A DNA stretch of 64,000 nt from Opitutaceae bacterium (lineage in GTDB: Bacteria > Verrucomicrobiota > Verrucomicrobiia > Opitutales > Coraliomargaritaceae). The notes beneath the pieces are model-generated. The model was not told the DNA's origin and made no database searches. It saw nothing but the letters and a program-made list of their open reading frames with translations. Positions 38,404 through 49,233 of this stretch are shown one piece after another. Position 1 is the first letter of the stretch; each line of letters starts with the position of its first letter. The DNA is taken from positions 512,001-576,000 of the forward strand of contig JBPOFY010000001.1 in assembly GCA_051252375.1 (NCBI GenBank), read 5' to 3'. Made by a program: the position numbers and the translations under genes.

Positions 38404-40037
38404 CCAATCACCCCTTCTTTAGTCATCAAGTCGCGTTGAGTCACGATACCGTCGATGGCTGGCATGAGTAGATAGGCAGTGTCGAGATCGAGCAGGTCTT
38501 CCACGACAGAAATATCAAAGGCGTGGATCGCGCAGCGCACTCCGGCCGAGCGGCAGCGATACGCGAGCAAATGGTTAGTGTCTTCGATTTGGAGCGCCGA
38601 GACGACGAGCTTGGCATCGCGTAGCCCGATCTCTTCGACCACGGATTGATATTCAACGTTGCCGATTAGGATGTTCGCGCCGTCGAGTCCTTGTAGTTTA
38701 TGAGGATCGGTATCGATGGCTAAAACACGCTCACCGCGAGCGATCAGGGCTTTCACGATCTCACGGCCCAGCGCATTCATGCCCACAACTATGATATGGT
38801 CTTCCAGCGCCTCCGAGACTTCCGAGTCGGCTTCTTGTTTGGCGTGTAAAAATTTAAGCAGTCCTGTTCGTTTCACAGCTTTATAGAGGCCTTCGCTGTA
38901 AATGATAAAGTAAGACGATACCGCGATGGTGGCCATTCCGACCAGTCCGCCGAGTGCTACTACGGTGCCGCCGATGAGTCCGGTAGCGGCGCCGAGTGCG
39001 AGCAGGATGAAAGCAAACTCGCTGACTTGACCGGCTGAAATGGCTGTTTGGAATGCCGTATATTCGCTGAATTTCATTCGCGCGAGAATGGTGAAAATGA
39101 TCAGTGGTTTGATTAGTAAAACAAAGAGACTCAGCCCGAGTGCCGCAGGCCAGATGGCGGCGAGTTCACCAAACTCCATTTTGATGCCGAGCGTGACCAG
39201 AAAGACCGCGACGAAGAATGTCATCAATGGGTGCAAGCGGCGATGTAGGTCTTCGTGAATCGGCAACTGGGCGATGGCAATGCCTGCGAGGAAGGCGCCG
39301 ATCTCAACCGATAGGTGGAACTGATGCGCCAACAGCACGACCAGGAAGCACCAGCAAAGCGCCCAAATGAAAACGGTGTCAGGTGAGCGCGAGGCCCAAG
39401 CGAAAGGCTTCGGTAGTAGATATTTGGAGGCTGCTAATGAAACGAAGAGCAAAATCGCCATGCCGCCAAAGGCAAAGCCCAAGTTCTTGGCTAACTGAAT
39501 CAATTCGATCGATTCGCCGCCTCCTAGTCCGCTCAAGATTGTGAGGCCGATAATGACAACGATGTCCTGCGCTAGGAAAAGTCCAATTGCGATACGACCG
39601 AAGAGGCGATTGGTGGCACCTTTTTGATCCAGCAGTTTGATCACCACGACGGTGCTGCTGAAGGTTACAGTTGCGCCAAGGAAGACGGCTTCAATGACTT
39701 CGAAGCCCATCAACATCGCGACGATAAACCCGCCGAGTGAGGTGAAGAGCACTTGCAGGCTCCCGAGTAGCATGGCGACGCTGCCGAGGTCCTTGATCTT
39801 TTGCAGGCTGAGCTCGATGCCGACCAGGAATAGCAGTAGGGCGATGCCCAGTTCGGAAATCAGTTCCAGCGAGTGATCGAGTTCGACGAGTCCCAGCGCC
39901 GGCCCCAGCACCATGCCCGCCAAGATGTAGCCGACGATCGAAGGCATCTTAATCAGCTTGCCGAGAAAAGCAAAGCCCGCCGCCGTAATGACGATGAAAC
40001 CAAGGTTGAGAAGTAGATGTAGGTCCGGCGTGGGCAT
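38400..40037 (-). CDS. CPA2 cation:proton antiporter with TrkA-N domain
   Basis: [32 protein letters not shown]. Confidence 0.88.
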   Translation of the reverse strand: MPTPDLHLLLNLGFIVITAAGFAFLGKLIKMPSIVGYILAGMVLGPALGLVELDHSLELISELGIALLLFLVGIELSLQKIKDLGSVAMLLGSLQVLFTSLGGFIVAMLMGFEVIEAVFLGATVTFSSTVVVIKLLDQKGATNRLFGRIAIGLFLAQDIVVIIGLTILSGLGGGESIELIQLAKNLGFAFGGMAILLFVSLAASKYLLPKPFAWASRSPDTVFIWALCWCFLVVLLAHQFHLSVEIGAFLAGIAIAQLPIHEDLHRRLHPLMTFFVAVFLVTLGIKMEFGELAAIWPAALGLSLFVLLIKPLIIFTILARMKFSEYTAFQTAISAGQVSEFAFILLALGAATGLIGGTVVALGGLVGMATIAVSSYFIIYSEGLYKAVKRTGLLKFLHAKQEADSEVSEALEDHIIVVGMNALGREIVKALIARGERVLAIDTDPHKLQGLDGANILIGNVEYQSVVEEIGLRDAKLVVSALQIEDTNHLLAYRCRSAGVRCAIHAFDISVVEDLLDLDTAYLLMPAIDGIVTQRDLMTKEGVIG

Positions 40038-40292
40038 GCTTGTGTCAATGAATGACGTCTGCCCATAACTCAGCAGCTATCGTGCGCTACGTAAACGGAA
40101 ATGATCGTCGAGAGCTGATTTTCGCACGTTCCCGTTTGTAACGCCTGCATTTGATCTCCTTCCCTCTAATCCGCACGCGCGTATTCTCCGAATATATTAG
40201 TCTGCCCGTGCCCAAGATGGGGAATTCTACTCGGTTCTCAGGCTGCTATTATTTCCTTTAATATTGTATCGTATTCACTTAATAACTCCACG

Positions 40293-43200
40293 ATGGAGAC
40301 CCCGCCCATTGCCCCTTTTCTGCTGTCCGTTTTTAGTGCTTTCTTCGTGTTATCTGCTCAGGCAGATCCTTACCCTGAGTTTCTTTATCACGATGGTTTC
40401 GATGGCGATGGTTTAGGGGTCAACGCAATCAAAGGTGGCGGTCTGATCAGTGCGGGTTCCTCTGCTGCGAGCTGGAGCGATAATGGCGAAGCACTCTACG
40501 ACAACAGTGGCGCGGCGCCTGAGCAAAGGGCGATCATGTATTCCGCCAATAACTTTCAGTCCGATACTGGATTTAGACTTCATGTGAACTATGAAACTGA
40601 CTCGATTGGCACCGACGGTTCGCACAACCTTTCTTTTGGCTTGGTCAGTTCAGATACTGACTTGGCGAATTACACTGGATTCAACCCCTTTCAGGCAGAG
40701 TCGAGCGTTTACAGCATAGGCGCCAATCTCACCACTGAAGGCGGCGCTGCTTTTCGCGGTCTGAATTTCTCTGATGGTTCGTCGGTCGTCTCTCTGGATA
40801 CCTCAGGTAGTCGCCAGCAGTTCGTGGCAGGAGAATCAACGAAGGTAACGATTGAGGTCAGTTATGCGGGCTATTGGTGTTATCGCATCAATGGAGAATA
40901 TGAGGCGTCGGGCGCACTGCCAGTCGACTTTGATCTCACCAAAAATTATCATATTGTTGTTTACGGACAAGATGACAATGCGGGGAAGGCGATCCAATCG
41001 ATCACTTTAGAAAAAGGCTATGCGCAGGGAGAGCGGGCCGCTGGCATTCGGGGGAGCTGGAATTGCGGGCAAGGAGATGTGGACTTTCTTCAGAACATGA
41101 AGACCGTAAAATCCACACTAGCTAGGCTGAATGAAGGGTCGGTGGTCTCCGCAGAACATAACGCACCTCATCGCTTGTTGGAAATGATCGCGCAGGGGCT
41201 TTCAAGTGTGGGCGGCGCTGCGATCGTTTCTCCTGTGCCTGAGACGTGGGGTGACTTTAATGATGACGAGCCAGACAGCGACCGATTCCTAGATGAGGTC
41301 AGTGGCATTAGGAATGCGCAATTAGGGGCAAAAATCTATTCAAACTCAGATAATTTTACTGGAGATAACGCAGTAGACTATCAGCCTTTCGTGGATCGCT
41401 GGTTTGATTACTGTGATACAGATCCCGAGGTTCAGGCATTTATTGCCAGTCAACCCTACCATACTGGGATTTGGAATAGTGTGACTCAGCAGTATGAAGA
41501 TGCTTCTGCACAATACCCCAACCGCAAATATGTGTTTTGTTATGCAGAATTTATTCTGAAGGATTACGCGCTAAGGTATGGAAAATACGCGACGTCATGG
41601 ACTTTCGACTCTGCAAAGCATATGGTTGCAAACGGCGACAAAGATGAAAGCGGCATCATTGAAGAGCAACGTATCTACCAAGCGTTTGCTAATGCGGTAT
41701 GGGCGGGGAGTCCGGATTGTCCGGTGGCGTTTAATAATGGGCGTCTTGATAATGACTTCTTCGGTGTAGATGATGAGTTCCCGTATGCCCGCTCGACGCG
41801 CTTTGACGACTTCACCTTCGGTCATGCGCACAACGGTAATAATAATCATGCTGCTTTAGATATAAATCCTGACCGTAATGAAACTGTTTTTGCGAGTAAT
41901 TACCGGCATGTCACAAGGATGACGGCCACCAACGGCTTTGTTAAGGCAGGCGGTGCATGGGATTGGGATGATCAGGTCGTGGGCAATTACCACTCTAAAC
42001 TCGGCCCTGTATCCTGGCGTTTCAGTCAGCCTTCGGCCTGGTCTCAGGCGGAATTCAATCAGTGGAACCTTGAAGCCATTCAGGCCGGTGGACACATGAC
42101 ATGGGAGGGCTCTATCCCAAGGGCGGGCCCACCACTAAGAAGTTGGGCGCAGGACTTAATTGCAGCAACCGACGCATATTTAGCGGTCAATGCATTTCCT
42201 GGCACTCCTGGTTGGGCTCGAAAATATACAGACCTCCCTGATGCTCGTGTCGGGCAGCCTTACTATCACGTTCTCGTGGAAGGGGTCGATTTCTGGGATC
42301 CTGAGGGAGATGATATCGCGAGCGTTACAGCGATTGCAGACGGATTTTTCTCCCAGGTGCCTTCATGGCTTACGATTACTGAAGATCTAAATCAGGCAGG
42401 AGACTGGATACTCAGTGGTGTTCCTACAGAAGCGTCTTCAATCTCATATGAATTTATTTTAGAAGCGACTGACGTTAATAATGATTCCGGAAGTCGTAGT
42501 GTGGAACTTCAAGTGATTGATGTCCCGAATCTGTTTATCGCAGAATGGAAGTTTGATGAGGGAGTGGGGGCAGTTGTCGCAGACAGTGTCTCAGGTCTTT
42601 ATGAAGCTACGAGAGCGACCGGAGCTTGGGTAGCTGGTGCATATGGTAGCGCGATGGAATTTGATGGAAGCCAAGCAGGTTTAATTCTTCCCGCTGGGGC
42701 TTTTTCTGAGGTGAGTGCCACCAATGAAATTACGATTTCCATGTGGGTGAATGGAGATCCCTCGCAGCCAGTTGCAGATACGATTTTTAATGCGAGAGAC
42801 AGTTCTGACATTCGAATGCTCAATATCCACCTGCCATGGAGCACTGAAGAAGTCATTTGGGATGGAGGAAATGCCGACGGGTATGATCGCGTAAGGAAAG
42901 ACACGATTCCGTCTGAATACGAAGGCAGTTGGAATCACTGGATCTTCACAAAGAATACGAATACTGGGGAGATGGCCATTTATCTCAATGGGTCGCTTTG
43001 GCACTCCGTAATGGGCAAAACAACAGAAATCGGCGAGATCGAGGATGTCGTGTTAGGCAACGATGTAGATGGTGGAGGTGGCTACTCTGGCGCAATCGAT
43101 GAAGTGAGGATTTACGCGCGTGCTTTGAGTAGTTCTGAAGTCGCGAGTCTTAACGCATCTTATACAGTTCGAGATGCCTACAATCTGTGGTTTGATGGCT

Positions 43201-43601
43201 TTGCTGGGACGACTAGTCCAGGAGCTTTAAAGACGAATTGGGACGAGGATTTTGATGGTGACGGGATCTCCAATCTCATGGAATACGTTCTTATCGGTGA
43301 CCCTACGGTAATAGATATGACTATTCTTCCCGAAGTAGTGCTCAATGATCCAACTGATGACGTAGTTTTCCGATTCGAGAGGCGGACGGAATCTGTCGAC
43401 GACACCGTTCAAACTTTTTACTATTCTTCAGATTTAAAAATTTGGGAGCGCATTGAACTGACCGATGGTTTGATGAGTTCTTCGGTTGAGATTTTAAATG
43501 TAGATGCGGAAACTCAACAACTGGATATAAAATTCGGTTTCGAAGAATTAGCAGAACCGTTGAAATTCTTCGGAAAGTTAGAGGTCTATTTCAAGGAGTA
43601 G
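40293..43601 (+). CDS. secreted GH107-like endo-fucanase candidate with Ig-like, LamG and C-terminal sorting-like regions
   Basis: signal peptide; RYGKYATSWTFD and DDFTFGH match the GH107 Asp and His motifs; LamG (WNHWIFT, IDEVRIYARALS); DGDGISNLMEY tail. Confidence 0.7.
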   Translation: METPPIAPFLLSVFSAFFVLSAQADPYPEFLYHDGFDGDGLGVNAIKGGGLISAGSSAASWSDNGEALYDNSGAAPEQRAIMYSANNFQSDTGFRLHVNYETDSIGTDGSHNLSFGLVSSDTDLANYTGFNPFQAESSVYSIGANLTTEGGAAFRGLNFSDGSSVVSLDTSGSRQQFVAGESTKVTIEVSYAGYWCYRINGEYEASGALPVDFDLTKNYHIVVYGQDDNAGKAIQSITLEKGYAQGERAAGIRGSWNCGQGDVDFLQNMKTVKSTLARLNEGSVVSAEHNAPHRLLEMIAQGLSSVGGAAIVSPVPETWGDFNDDEPDSDRFLDEVSGIRNAQLGAKIYSNSDNFTGDNAVDYQPFVDRWFDYCDTDPEVQAFIASQPYHTGIWNSVTQQYEDASAQYPNRKYVFCYAEFILKDYALRYGKYATSWTFDSAKHMVANGDKDESGIIEEQRIYQAFANAVWAGSPDCPVAFNNGRLDNDFFGVDDEFPYARSTRFDDFTFGHAHNGNNNHAALDINPDRNETVFASNYRHVTRMTATNGFVKAGGAWDWDDQVVGNYHSKLGPVSWRFSQPSAWSQAEFNQWNLEAIQAGGHMTWEGSIPRAGPPLRSWAQDLIAATDAYLAVNAFPGTPGWARKYTDLPDARVGQPYYHVLVEGVDFWDPEGDDIASVTAIADGFFSQVPSWLTITEDLNQAGDWILSGVPTEASSISYEFILEATDVNNDSGSRSVELQVIDVPNLFIAEWKFDEGVGAVVADSVSGLYEATRATGAWVAGAYGSAMEFDGSQAGLILPAGAFSEVSATNEITISMWVNGDPSQPVADTIFNARDSSDIRMLNIHLPWSTEEVIWDGGNADGYDRVRKDTIPSEYEGSWNHWIFTKNTNTGEMAIYLNGSLWHSVMGKTTEIGEIEDVVLGNDVDGGGGYSGAIDEVRIYARALSSSEVASLNASYTVRDAYNLWFDGFAGTTSPGALKTNWDEDFDGDGISNLMEYVLIGDPTVIDMTILPEVVLNDPTDDVVFRFERRTESVDDTVQTFYYSSDLKIWERIELTDGLMSSSVEILNVDAETQQLDIKFGFEELAEPLKFFGKLEVYFKE

Positions 43602-43650
43602 TTTGGTTGCGTGCTCGGGCAGTTAAGCTACTCAAGGCTCGGTTGAGATT

Positions 43651-43741
43651 AACCGCTGAGAGCGCTGAGGACGCTGAGATGGTGCTGTTCAAACGGGTTG
43701 CCCTTTTTCAATCCTCCGCGCTCTCAGCGTGCACAGCGGTT
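43651..43741. repeat. inverted pair of 9-bp tandem arrays
   Basis: aaccgctgagagcgctgaggacgctgag ... ctccgcgctctcagcgtgcacagcggtt. Confidence 0.8.
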
Positions 43742-43762
43742 TAACAATTCCATCCTTCTCTC

Positions 43763-43829
43763 ACGTGACGTGGAGGTGCGATATAGATGGGTGCAGCAAA
43801 ATCTACTGATTACCACTGACTTGTTCACT
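43763..43829 (-). other. degenerate attC-like site
   Basis: minus strand AGTGAAC-AAGTCAGTGG...CACCTCCAC-GTCACGT, 67 bp, overlapping the stop codon of the 43803-44528 gene. Confidence 0.45.
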
Positions 43830-44528
43830 CAATAGTTCGTCGTAGTATTTGGATGAGTATTTTTCTCCTGTTTCAGAGAGCTCTTTTAAGCCTAACTCAG
43901 CCCTTTTATTTCCTGCGATTGCAGCTTCTTTTAATGCTACAGCTGACATATGACTTAACCCCTTGCGCTCTTTATTTACCTTAATCAGGAAATCTACAGT
44001 TTCAGGTTTCATATGCACGCCAAGTTTTCTCATCGATCCAACGGTGGATGATAGGAGTAAATTATGATCTTGATAGTTGAGCAATAAGTCTTGGGCGGGT
44101 TGGTGCCCTGTAGCTGCAGCATCACCTATTGCATAAGTAGCAGCCCCCTTCAGTTTTGGAATTTCCAAGGCGTATAAAAGTGCATCATATGCAAAGGTAT
44201 TACCCGACCCTGCCTGTATTCCGATCGGCGTGAAGGTTGCTCGCATTATATCTAGATTGGATCTAACTCGTTCTTCATCTTTTTTATAGTCGATGTCAGC
44301 ATATAGTAGACCTGACAGTTCTGCGATATTGTCGACAGCTTGAATGTTCCCTTGAAGTATTTGCTCTTGAAGTTTTAGGAAATTTTCTAGTGTCGGCTCA
44401 TTTAGTTTTTGTGTCTTGATCGGCGCTAGCTCTTTTGTTGGCGAGTTAGTATGACTCACTTGTTTGGTTGCGCAGCCAGCCAGTAAAAGAAGAGTTACGA
44501 TTGTGACGGTGAGAGAGAGAGTTTTCAT
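43803..44528 (-). CDS. low-GC hypothetical lipoprotein (possible solo cassette)
   Basis: lipobox LLAGC; AT-rich codon usage. Confidence 0.7.
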   Translation of the reverse strand: MKTLSLTVTIVTLLLLAGCATKQVSHTNSPTKELAPIKTQKLNEPTLENFLKLQEQILQGNIQAVDNIAELSGLLYADIDYKKDEERVRSNLDIMRATFTPIGIQAGSGNTFAYDALLYALEIPKLKGAATYAIGDAAATGHQPAQDLLLNYQDHNLLLSSTVGSMRKLGVHMKPETVDFLIKVNKERKGLSHMSAVALKEAAIAGNKRAELGLKELSETGEKYSSKYYDELLSEQVSGNQ

Positions 44529-44595
44529 CTACTTGGTGAATAAGTTATTCGTTGATTTTGAGATGTTCCATTGAAGTTTACTCAGTGATGGGACA

Positions 44596-45876
44596 TTAGA
44601 GTAAGTCTTGGAGGCTGCCGAGTTCTTCAGGGGAATCGGAGCTGAGGCGTTCGAGGGCTTCGCCGATCAGATATAAGGAGCCTGTGATGACGATGGTGTC
44701 ATCTGGCTTGCCGAGCGCGCAGGTTTGCGGGGAAGGTATGATGCTCTTGAGAGTGGAATGGGTTATTGTAAAATTGCGCTCTTTTGGTAGGCACGATTCC
44801 AGGAACTGAGTGGGCGTTGCCCGTGGTTGATTGGCTTGCACTAGATAGAGTTCGCGAGCGTGCGTGTGGACGGCGTTCATCAAACTGCGGCCACGTTCTT
44901 CGCCCAATGTGCCGGCAACGATGATGGGTTTGCTGCCGGTGCGCTTGATGAGCTTGCTTAAGTTTTCGTCCAGCATTTGAGCGCCTTCGGGATTGTGTGA
45001 GGCGTCGAGTATGAGCGTGCGGTCGGCGAGCTCAATGCGCTGCCAGCGTCCTGCCCATTCGACATGTTGTAGCCCGTCGGTTGAAGTGATGGGGAACTGC
45101 TCAGCCAAAATTTCGGTGGCGTAAATCGCGACGGCGGCATTCCAGCGTTGGAAGGAGCCCTCTAGGTTTGTTTGCGGCAATTGGCTTTCGTCGGGAAAGC
45201 GCTCGACGACGGAATAGGCGGGTGCGTTGCGTGACTGTGCAATGTCGCGGATGACTGCTTCGGCCTCGGGCGGTAGCTTGCCGATGAGGACGGGCTTACC
45301 TTCTTTTATGATGCCTGCCTTTTCGCCAGCGATCTTGGCTATGGTGTCGCCGAGTAGTTCCGTATGGTCGAGGCTGATTGAGGTGATGATGCAAAGCTCG
45401 GGGTCGACGACATTGGTGGCATCGAGGCGTCCGCCGAGTCCGGTTTCGAGTAGCGCGATGTCGACCTTCTGTTCTGCGAAGCGCAGAAAGGCCATCGCTA
45501 CCATGAACTCGAAGAAAGAAGGGTGCTCGTCTGGGTCGTTTTTGCCGAGTGCTTCGGCATGTGGGCGCAATTGCTCCGTGTAGCTGCAGATGTCCGAGTG
45601 GGAGAGAATCTCCCGATTTACCTGCACGCGTTCGCCTTGATGGACGAGGTGGGGCGAGTTGAAGAATCCAGTTTTGTATCCGTTCGAACGATACAGTGCT
45701 TCAAGCATCGCGCAGGTGGAACCTTTGCCGTTGGTGCCTGCGACGTGAATGCTGGGAAACTTGCGCTCAGGGTGTCCGAGTGCTTCGACAAAAACACGCA
45801 TGCGGTCGATGCCGTATTTAGACCCCTGATTTCTTAGCGAGTAGAGGTAGTCGCGAGTTTGTTCGTAGCTAGGCAT
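44596..45876 (-). CDS. folC: folylpolyglutamate synthase / dihydrofolate synthase
   Basis: [41 protein letters not shown]. Confidence 0.95.
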   Translation of the reverse strand: MPSYEQTRDYLYSLRNQGSKYGIDRMRVFVEALGHPERKFPSIHVAGTNGKGSTCAMLEALYRSNGYKTGFFNSPHLVHQGERVQVNREILSHSDICSYTEQLRPHAEALGKNDPDEHPSFFEFMVAMAFLRFAEQKVDIALLETGLGGRLDATNVVDPELCIITSISLDHTELLGDTIAKIAGEKAGIIKEGKPVLIGKLPPEAEAVIRDIAQSRNAPAYSVVERFPDESQLPQTNLEGSFQRWNAAVAIYATEILAEQFPITSTDGLQHVEWAGRWQRIELADRTLILDASHNPEGAQMLDENLSKLIKRTGSKPIIVAGTLGEERGRSLMNAVHTHARELYLVQANQPRATPTQFLESCLPKERNFTITHSTLKSIIPSPQTCALGKPDDTIVITGSLYLIGEALERLSSDSPEELGSLQDLL

Positions 45877-45893
45877 CTGGAAGCGGAGAGGAG

Positions 45894-46004
<111 letters not shown>

Positions 46005-46014
46005 ACACCCGCGC

Positions 46015-46875
46015 CTAGCTAGCCTTGGCTTTTTCCGGGCGGTAGAGCGCCTTGATGAGGTTGATCACACGGTCACGCATTTCGAGGCGTGGCACGATCA
46101 AGTCGATAAGACCACGGTCGAGGAGGAACTCGGAAGTTTGGAAGCCAGCAGGGAGGTCCTGTTGTGTGGTTTCCTTGATCACGCGAGGTCCTGCGAAACC
46201 AATCAATGCTTCGGGCTCTGCGATGATAACATCACCTAGCGAAGCGTAACTCGCCATGACACCAGCCATGGTTGGGTTGGTGAGGATCGAAAAGTAAGGC
46301 ATGCCTGCTTCGCTCAAGCGTGCGAGGGCGGCACTGGTTTTAGCGAGCTGCATGAGACTCAAAATACCTTCCTGCATACGTGCGCCACCTGAGGCGGATA
46401 CGATGATGACGGGAATCTTTTCTGCTGTGCCACGCTCGATCGTGCGGGTGAGCTTTTCACCCGCTGCCGAACCGAGACTGGCAGCCATAAAACGGAAATC
46501 CATTACTGCGATACTCACACGAACACCGCCCATAGTGCCGACGCCAGAAATGACGGTATCAGTTTCCTTTGTCTTCGCCTGATTTTGCTTCAGCTTTTCA
46601 GGATAGGAAGAGGTGGCGTTGAACTCGAGTGGGTCGAGGGAGCTGACACCCATGTCCATTTCTTCGAAAGTGCCTTCGTCGAGCATCGAGGCGATACGGT
46701 CGCGTGCCTTGAGCGGAAAGTGGTAGCCACTACTGGGGACGACCATCAGGTTTTCCTTCAACACTCGGTTGTAGATGATCTCGCCGGTCTTTGGGCATTT
46801 AGTCCAAAGATCTTTGGGGATGTCCTTTTTCTTAACCGTGACGGTTGAGTATTGGGGTTTTCCGAAAAGTGCCAT
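46015..46875 (-). CDS. accD: acetyl-CoA carboxylase carboxyltransferase beta subunit
   Basis: [24 protein letters not shown]. Confidence 0.96.
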   Translation of the reverse strand: MALFGKPQYSTVTVKKKDIPKDLWTKCPKTGEIIYNRVLKENLMVVPSSGYHFPLKARDRIASMLDEGTFEEMDMGVSSLDPLEFNATSSYPEKLKQNQAKTKETDTVISGVGTMGGVRVSIAVMDFRFMAASLGSAAGEKLTRTIERGTAEKIPVIIVSASGGARMQEGILSLMQLAKTSAALARLSEAGMPYFSILTNPTMAGVMASYASLGDVIIAEPEALIGFAGPRVIKETTQQDLPAGFQTSEFLLDRGLIDLIVPRLEMRDRVINLIKALYRPEKAKAS

Positions 46876-46911
46876 AATGAGAATTAGGTTTAAAGTGAAT
46901 TGTCAGATTGC

Positions 46912-47649
46912 TCAGCCATGCCCGAGGGTGACGACTTTCAACTGGGTGGCTCCTGCGTTTTGCAGAACCTGAGCGCAGGCGTTCAGAGTCGCTCCAGTTG
47001 TAAATACGTCATCGACGAGGATGTATTGTTGATCAGGGATTACAACCGTATCGGGGGCCAAAGCAAAGGCATTTTTTACATTTCGGTGACGTTGTTCGCG
47101 GTTCAGTTTGGTCTGGGTTTGGGTGTATTCTGTCCGAATTAGGAGATTTTCGACCTTTGAGCGGTGATCTGTCGTCTCAGCCAGCATACAGGCGATTTTC
47201 TCGCTCTGGTTGTAGCCCCGCTCGCGCTCTTTGGCGGGATGTAGGGGGACGGGAACGAAGATCGAATTATCGATATAGCGTTGGTAGTAAGTTGCTTCTG
47301 CGACCATTTTGGCGGTATCTTTGAGGATGTAGAAGCCACTGTGGTATTTCAGCTCATGAATCATCGAGCGAGCCGCTCCCTTGGCTAAAAAGAGGGTTTT
47401 GCCTTGGTCAAAGACCGGTTCCAGCTCGGCGCAGTGCGGGCAAACCTTGGGTCCCGCCAGCATTCCGAAGAAAGGATAACCACAGGTGGAGCAAGCGGGC
47501 GGCGCGGAGATGAAAATATCCCGACTACAGGAACGACAGAGAAAATCGTAGGGTGAATCTTCCACCATCTCATTGCAATGCACACAAACTCGGGCGAAAA
47601 ACACATCTGCCAGGGCTCGGGCAATGGACTGAACGCTTAGGCGGGGCAT
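46912..47649 (-). CDS. comF: ComF family protein
   Basis: Cys-rich zinc ribbon, VPLH...[16 protein letters not shown]. Confidence 0.88.
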   Translation of the reverse strand: MPRLSVQSIARALADVFFARVCVHCNEMVEDSPYDFLCRSCSRDIFISAPPACSTCGYPFFGMLAGPKVCPHCAELEPVFDQGKTLFLAKGAARSMIHELKYHSGFYILKDTAKMVAEATYYQRYIDNSIFVPVPLHPAKERERGYNQSEKIACMLAETTDHRSKVENLLIRTEYTQTQTKLNREQRHRNVKNAFALAPDTVVIPDQQYILVDDVFTTGATLNACAQVLQNAGATQLKVVTLGHG

Positions 47650-47761
47650 GAAGTGGAAGGTTGGTTGTGATGCTTCGTGCGGCAATTGCAAAGCTATGCT
47701 CTTGCTGGGGTTTTCGAGGAAGGCACTGCTTTAAAGAGTGAACATTTGTTAGGTATTGGAG

Positions 47762-47828
47762 GGTGGCGGGAGCATCCTGCTCCCTTGTTCTGGGTAGATG
47801 GGCCTTGGAGCTGGAAGCTCCGGCTACC
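47762..47828. repeat. REP doublet (family B) downstream of RAYT2
   Basis: ggtggcgggagcatcctgctccc...ggagctggaagctccggctacc. Confidence 0.88.
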
Positions 47829-47832
47829 TTGG

Positions 47833-48489
47833 CTACTTTAGATGGTTTCGGATATATCGGCGAATCGCTTCCATTGCGGAATCATTACGAACAATGTGGT
47901 CATATGATTCATATTGCCAGAGTTGTCCTGATCGCGCCAGACGGCGATTGATCTGATTCGCGGTGAATGACTTCCATGAGTGAAGAATGTCGACGAGCTG
48001 ATAGCCCTTTGTGGGTCTGACGATTAAATGGACATGATTCGGCATGATGACGAATTCATCTAGATCGTAGCGTTGTCCTGTAAAATAATGGAGTGCGCTG
48101 TGGACTATCTCGGCATTGAGCGGGTCACTTAACACGCATGAGCCATTGCCCGCATGCAGAAGGTTTTCGTAGCGTTCGGAAAATAGACGGTGGTATTCGG
48201 AGCGTTCTTCTTGAGTTAGGTTGCTTGGTTCATGCGCTTGTTTCCACTGTTCGCGTTGCCGCTGTAGGTTTTCCACTACGGAAGCAGGTAGGGCATCGGC
48301 TAAACGAAAGGTGATAAAATACCACACGGAACCTTGTTCCCAATGTGGGAGATTTCCTCCGGTTCGTATGTCAATTTCGCGATGAGGATTGAAAAACTCC
48401 CAGATGGTGGCGGGAGCATCGTGCTCCCTCTCGTTGGATGCGTGGGTCTTGGAGCTGGAAGCTCCGGCTACTTTTTCGTTCTTACTCAC
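47833..48489 (-). CDS. REP-associated tyrosine transposase (RAYT), copy 2, different subfamily
   Basis: NLPHW, YFITFRLADALP, MPNHVH (HUH), SWKSFTA, WQYESYDHIVR, RRYIR; C-terminus is short. Confidence 0.88.
   Translation of the reverse strand: MSKNEKVAGASSSKTHASNEREHDAPATIWEFFNPHREIDIRTGGNLPHWEQGSVWYFITFRLADALPASVVENLQRQREQWKQAHEPSNLTQEERSEYHRLFSERYENLLHAGNGSCVLSDPLNAEIVHSALHYFTGQRYDLDEFVIMPNHVHLIVRPTKGYQLVDILHSWKSFTANQINRRLARSGQLWQYESYDHIVRNDSAMEAIRRYIRNHLK
48406..48472. repeat. REP doublet (family B) within the 5' end of the RAYT2 ORF
   Basis: 67-bp direct-repeat partner of 47762-47828. Confidence 0.88.
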
Positions 48490-49229
48490 TATTTATAAAA
48501 CACCTTATCAAGAAAGAGGCCTTTGGCAGGGGCGGTGACAATGCGGTGGGTGCGTTGTTTGCTGTCGATGATTTCGCGGATGTCGTCGGGGGTGAGGCGT
48601 CCGCGGCCGACAGCGTAGAGCGCGCCGGCGTAAGTGCGCACCATTTTATATAGGAAACCGGTGCCTTCGGTATCGATGCGGATACTTTTGCCATGTTGTT
48701 TAATGGCGAGGCGGTGCACGGTTTTGACGGGATTGGGGTCGTTGTCTTTGCCGTGCGTTGCGCTGAGTGCGGTGTAGTCTTGTGCGCCGACCATGTGCTC
48801 GGCGGCTTTTTGCATTGCTTCGATATCGATTGGCAGGTCGCGGCAGTCCCAGACGTAGCGGTTGTCGATGGGGTCGGCTCGACCTAGATAGATACGATAA
48901 ATGTAGCGCTTGCCGGTCACTGAGTAGCGGGCGTGAAAATCGTCGCTGACTTTGCGGACCGATTTGATCTGGATCGTTTTGTCGAGGTTGGCGTGCAGGG
49001 CGCGGACTAGTTTGTCGCTTTCATGAGCCCAATCGGCATCGAAGTGAAAGCATTGCCCTCTGGCGTGCACGCCGGCATCGGTGCGACCGCTGCCATGGAT
49101 TTGAATCTTCTGATCGAAGATTCCGGAGAGTGCAGCTTCGATATGATTTTGCACAGCGCCGCCATTGGGCTGTCGTTGCCAGCCGTCGAAGTCGGTGCCG
49201 TCGTAGGCGCAGATACATTTCCAACGCAT
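48489..49229 (-). CDS. truA: tRNA pseudouridine(38-40) synthase
   Basis: [40 protein letters not shown]; start placed at ATG 49229. Confidence 0.95.
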   Translation of the reverse strand: MRWKCICAYDGTDFDGWQRQPNGGAVQNHIEAALSGIFDQKIQIHGSGRTDAGVHARGQCFHFDADWAHESDKLVRALHANLDKTIQIKSVRKVSDDFHARYSVTGKRYIYRIYLGRADPIDNRYVWDCRDLPIDIEAMQKAAEHMVGAQDYTALSATHGKDNDPNPVKTVHRLAIKQHGKSIRIDTEGTGFLYKMVRTYAGALYAVGRGRLTPDDIREIIDSKQRTHRIVTAPAKGLFLDKVFYK

Positions 49230-49233
49230 GTGG

